From the NCBI RefSeq assembly GCF_009834535.1, contig NC_045697.1:4714001-4778000 (forward strand): 64,000 bases of DNA, in the 5' to 3' direction. Source of the stretch: Camelus ferus. Its lineage: Eukaryota. Below are positions 61,501 to 64,000 of the stretch, in pieces. Made by a program: the position numbers and the translations under genes. Every line of letters starts with the position of its first letter. Positions within the stretch are counted from its first letter, which is position 1. The notes beneath the pieces were generated by a model. That model was not told the DNA's origin. It did no database searches and saw nothing but the letters and a program-made list of their open reading frames with translations.

Positions 61501-62906
61501 CTGAGAAGTTCAAAGAGAAACAGAAGAGACTTTCAGAGTGTTTGAAGTGAGGGATGAAGTTACTGAGTTATAAGTACAGCCCTGCTCAGGACAAGACTCC
61601 AGATTTTAAATTCTGCAGCATGCAGAGATTGCTCACAGCCACTCAAGGCACAAAAGGAGGAATCAAGGGAGCTATTTGAAACCCATTTGTGATCAGAAGG
61701 AACAGCTGCCTGAGACATCACAGACAGAACACAGGAAGAGATAGAAGGTGAGAGAAAGAAAAATAACAACCTCCCCCTGCCTCTGGCATTTTCACATCTA
61801 ATGTCACGTGTCACCCTTCCTCTCTGCCCTCATATACACATTCTCATGCCCATTTTACAGATGAGAAAACTGACTCAGGAAATCAAGGGTGAGAGAAATC
61901 AAGTAGCGGTCACACGGTCACTGAGGCAGGTAAACAGCAGGGTATAAATAAACGCCTATGACCTTTTCTCCTACAGAGGCAAATGCACTTAAATGACTAC
62001 ACTCCCACTGAACTGTTACAAGTCCTCTCCATCCGAATGCTCAGAAACATCCCTTCCCAGCCAGGCGGGTGAGCCAAGAAGGCTGCAGTTCAATGAAGCC
62101 CCTCCTTCCGGGGGCCACCTGCAGGGCCAGTACCATGCGCAGGGTTCTGAGCTCACTCTTTCCCCAGCCCTGAGCTGGGCTGTGCACGGTTCATCTTACC
62201 CAGGACCCCTTGGACTCACGCAAGTTCACAGCCGAGAGGCCTGAGGACCAACACACACACCTGATGGGTAGTTTCTTGAGCACTTACTGCATGCTGAGCC
62301 CTGCTCTGGCCTAGATAGTGTGGGGATAGACAGTGTGGGCTGCAAGATCAGGTGGCATGTCAAACCCAGCTCCATCACGCACATGCTGTGTGACCTCGGG
62401 CAAGTCACTCAGCATCTCTGTGTCTTGTTATTTTCTTTGTAACATGAGGGCAATATTAGCCTCTACTTTACAACCTTAACAACCTAGGGCTGTTAAGAGA
62501 AATGAATTCACTGACTGATTAAGACTTATTCATCACTGCGCCTGTCCCAGGCTCCCACTGGGCAGTAAAACAGTGGTGACCAAGACAGACCTGGTCCTCG
62601 TGTTCATGAGATAATGAATCCCTGTAAAGTGCTCAACACTGCCCTGAACACCAAAGGCACTTAACCAGAGCTAGCGGCTGCTGTGTGATGCCCGGGGCAC
62701 ATCAGTGATAAAGGAGGCCCCATGACTTCTCTCCCCAAGGCTCAGGCCTGGCTCCCTAGCCCCGAGGCTGGCAACACCACACAATCAGCGTCAGCTCTGA
62801 CACTGGGTCTCTGGGTGTCCGTGGCTGAGTCCTTAACTCTCTGGGCCTCCATGTCCTTTGTTGACAATGACACAGCCGAGCGGTCTCCATCCCACCCCCA
62901 CCTCAC

Positions 62907-63139
62907 CTCTCGCAGGTCAGCGCCTCGGGGAAGCTGCTCGCCTGGAAGAAGGTGCGGCCGAGGAACCTGTCGTCGCTGGTGGCTGAGTGGATGCTGGACG
63001 AGGAGCTGCAGTCGTCCTTCTCGGCCTGGCTCAGGCTCCCCAGGCTGCTGGAAGGGGACGCCTCCACCAGCTGGTTTGGCAAGACTGCCTGCTTTAAGTT
63101 TTCGTGCAGAGATGGGTTGGAGGAACCGTCGGCCAGAGG
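62907..63139 (-). CDS. EVC: EVC coding exon (human exon 4 equivalent)
   Basis: 233 nt, [81 protein letters not shown]. Confidence 0.95.
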
Positions 63140-64000
63140 CTGGGGTGGCAGAAGAGAAAGCCCGTTCTCAGTCCACGTGACCTGTCATGCGTGTGTTTCC
63201 ACAATTCCACCAGTGACACGTGATGGTGGCTCCCAGGCAGACAAGACTGGGGAGGCCTGCGAGTGGACACCTTAGAGCTTCTGTCCCAGGGTCACGGCCA
63301 CACCCACACACTTGTGCCCCAGGGACCTGTACCACAGCTCCTGGCACATCACTTGTCCCGGAGGCCAGCCCCTCGGCACCAGGCTCCTCCCCCGCAGCAA
63401 CTAGCCTCCGTGTCTTCCCCAGTGGCCCCCTGCACCCACACTGCTGCGGGCTCTGACCTCCTCCACAGCAGCCTGCCTGCCCTGCCCCCTCTCTCTCTGT
63501 GTTCTCAGACCCCCGGGCCTGCTCTGCCCACTAACCTGCCCTCCAGAGGATCGGGGCCTTTATTAAGGAACTGAAGCCCCACGCACCGCCAGGACCACAT
63601 GACATCACAGCTGGAGGGCTCAGCGAATGTCTGTCGCCCCTGTGTCCAGTCTCATCCCCTGTGGCTCCCCGAGGCGCATGCCCAGGTGGTACCGAGCTGG
63701 TGGTCAGCTCCAAACTCTCACCATCCTTCCATGCTTCTGCGCTTTCCCAGACTCTGGTCCCCCGCCAGAACCCCCCTCACTCCTCATCTGCGGGGCTGAA
63801 GCATCCTTCCCTCCAGACACAGACCTTTGAGTTCTCCTTCCCTGGTACCCAGGCCCAGCCCACACTGTGCTCCACAGGTCCCCGGTCACTTCTGTCCTGC
63901 CTGTTATCATGGGCCATCCTGCAATCTGCCCCAGCTGTGAGGGCCTCCGGCGTGAGGACAGTGCTTTCCTGACCACTGGCTAATCCTCAGTGTTCACTGC

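Overview
Mammalian genomic DNA, most likely from a camelid (four copies of a short tRNA-derived SINE resembling the camelid vic-1 family). The window holds the convergent CRMP1/EVC junction. On the + strand are the last two coding exons of CRMP1 (821-986, 3740-3831) and its 3' UTR with AATAAA at 4694. On the - strand are 18 coding exons of EVC (Ellis-van Creveld protein), equivalent to human exons 4-21, running from 63139 down to the stop at 11089. All have GT-AG boundaries and join into one open frame of 2595 nt (864 codons plus stop). Introns contain L1, L2, MIR, MaLR/MLT2 LTRs, DNA transposon fossils, two ERV1-type solo LTRs, a U6 retro-pseudogene and microsatellites; repeat family names are from remembered consensus features, not a database search. 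Most ORF-track entries are spurious. I found no new protein-coding system. The best leads are: a near-consensus CTCF site inside the CRMP1 last coding exon paired divergently with a second CTCF site touching a candidate EVC polyA signal; a promoter-like CpG/GC-box cluster in the EVC 3' UTR; two direct-repeat LTRs bracketing an in-frame 3-exon block of EVC; an internally deleted L1 with TSD; a NAGNAG acceptor at the last EVC exon; and a U6 copy with skewed substitutions.
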